DNA of 64,000 nucleotides from Octopus bimaculoides. Its lineage: Eukaryota. Both the position numbers and the translations under genes were made by a program. Below the pieces are notes generated by a model. It did no database searches. It had not been told where the DNA came from and was given only the letters and a program-made list of their open reading frames with translations. Shown piece by piece: positions 62,740-64,000 of the stretch. The DNA is taken from NCBI RefSeq assembly GCF_001194135.2, contig NC_068981.1, positions 38,545,871 to 38,609,870 on the forward strand. Reading direction: 5' to 3'. Position 1 is the first letter of the stretch. Every line of letters begins with the position of its first letter.

Positions 62740-62855
62740 ATTAGAATGCTCAAAGATATTTTAAGCCCCATGATTACATACGAGTTTAAAGAGAAGAGTT
62801 CTTTTACAGATTATTTATCAAAAACTGATGATGTAATGACTAATAAATTACTGAT
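62740..62855 (+). CDS. Putative internal exon (phase 0 to 2): IRMLKDILSPMITYEFKEKSSFTDYLSKTDDVMTNKLL
   Basis: Acceptor gttgtctgcAG, consensus donor AT|GTAAGT, 116 nt open frame, in-frame stop just upstream of the acceptor. Confidence 0.55.
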
Positions 62856-63018
62856 GTAAGTCAAGGCCTGCCTTCACAATTAAGCAGCACCCAGCAGTGT
62901 GTTTTTGTACACACAGGGTGGATAGAGGCAGTTGTAGCTGGGTACTGGTAGGTAGTCAGAAGTAGTAGGTGTTGTACAATTTTTATGGTTTCATGCATAG
63001 TTTTGAGAATGACAATAA

Positions 63019-63081
63019 TACCTGGTAGGTGGCCATTACCTGGTAGGTGGCCATTACCTGGTAGGTGGCCATTACCTGGTG
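63019..63081. repeat. Perfect 18-bp minisatellite TACCTGGTAGGTGGCCAT x3.4
   Basis: Direct reading. Confidence 0.97.
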
Positions 63082-63151
63082 ATTTTGCTCAATTACAGGC
63101 GTGAACACTCTACTGATTCTCTGCCACTTTTGTTTGCTAGCAGGTATTTAA

Positions 63152-63400
63152 AGGTAAAAGGTAAAGTTAGTTTCTCAAGTCATGCCAACTGATAAGGACC
63201 AATTTCCTTGTTTCCATCTCATACAAATTCCTCACCTGACAGGACACTGGTCCATCACAGAATTACTCATTTTTGCCAGCTGGAGCAATGTGAATTGAAG
63301 TATTTTGCTCCTGAACACAATGTGTCACCTGGTCCAGGAATCAAAGCCACAGTCTTATAGTCATGAGTCCAACACTCTAAGTACTAAGCCACACACATCT
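63152..63400 (-). mobile_element. tRNA-derived SINE with (ACCTTT)n tail
   Basis: aaggtaaaaggtaaag tail, ggagcaatgtgaattgaagtattttgctcctgaacacaat core, ctaagtactaagccac head. Confidence 0.65.
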
Positions 63401-64000
63401 CCTAGTAGGCATTTAGCATGTATCCATTGGATACTGCCTGATCATGTGGACAGGGCTTAAATAAGTATAAAAAGTTTCTGATAACATTTCATTTCCCAAA
63501 TCAGAGTGTCATCTATGATGCAGTGTCCTATTACAATCTAGAATCCCCACTTATCTTTTCCATTTCTCTTTCACCTTGTTATCACTAATAAATTCATTTA
63601 GTGACTTGGGTATTCAGCCTATCTTCTCCATCTCTCTGCTTTCTATATTGTATTAGATATCCTCAGGATAAAAATAAAATATAGGAAAGGGTAAATTGAA
63701 TAAAAAAAGATCTATATTCACAAATACAATGTCTAAGTGCATAGTTGTTTATTCCTTCAGGTATAGTTTTCACTGAATTAGTTCTTACTTTTTCTCCTAT
63801 ATTATTGAATTTTTAACCTGAAGAATAGACCAATAGTCTTAAAAATGTGATCAATATATATTTTTGCACCCCAAATTGTTGTTTCCTAAGCACTTCTTAA
63901 TTGTGTGTTTGTGTGATCCGAGAATTGGTGTGAAGCTCCTGTGTATGTAGAGTTAAGCAAAGTGGAAAATTTCACATTGGTTAGGATATTAGGTAACCAA

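Overview
AT-rich, gene-sparse eukaryotic DNA dominated by transposon debris and (TA)n/(CA)n/(CT)n/(ATT)n/(GAT)n microsatellites, with four N-gaps. The SINE, RTE-tail and MITE families look like those I recognise from octopod cephalopod genomes (Octopus-like; inference, not searched). Recognisable mobile elements: a full-length degenerate mariner with TIRs and TA TSD (9104-10379), a Tc1 whose TIR is split by a SINE (18084-19541), an internally deleted rosa/maT-like element, mariner MITEs, several HERO-like RLE non-LTR fragments, RTE LINEs (one with a PHD-like finger inside ORF2), a Penelope-like remnant with a minimal hammerhead-ribozyme motif, Helitron remnants, a pogo Brinker-DBD remnant and a Ty3/Gypsy remnant with LTR, tRNA-Ser PBS and a gag-RT fusion ORF. 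A probable unidentified plus-strand host gene crosses the window as small exons (25297, 37846, 43512, 62740). The most unusual structure is a cluster of six sequence-unrelated palindromes/foldbacks between 44.6 and 53.5 kb, several built as TA-run + asymmetric leader + terminal palindrome + TA-run, all inside one putative intron. No rRNA, true tRNA or CRISPR. All alignments were made by eye; no searches were run.
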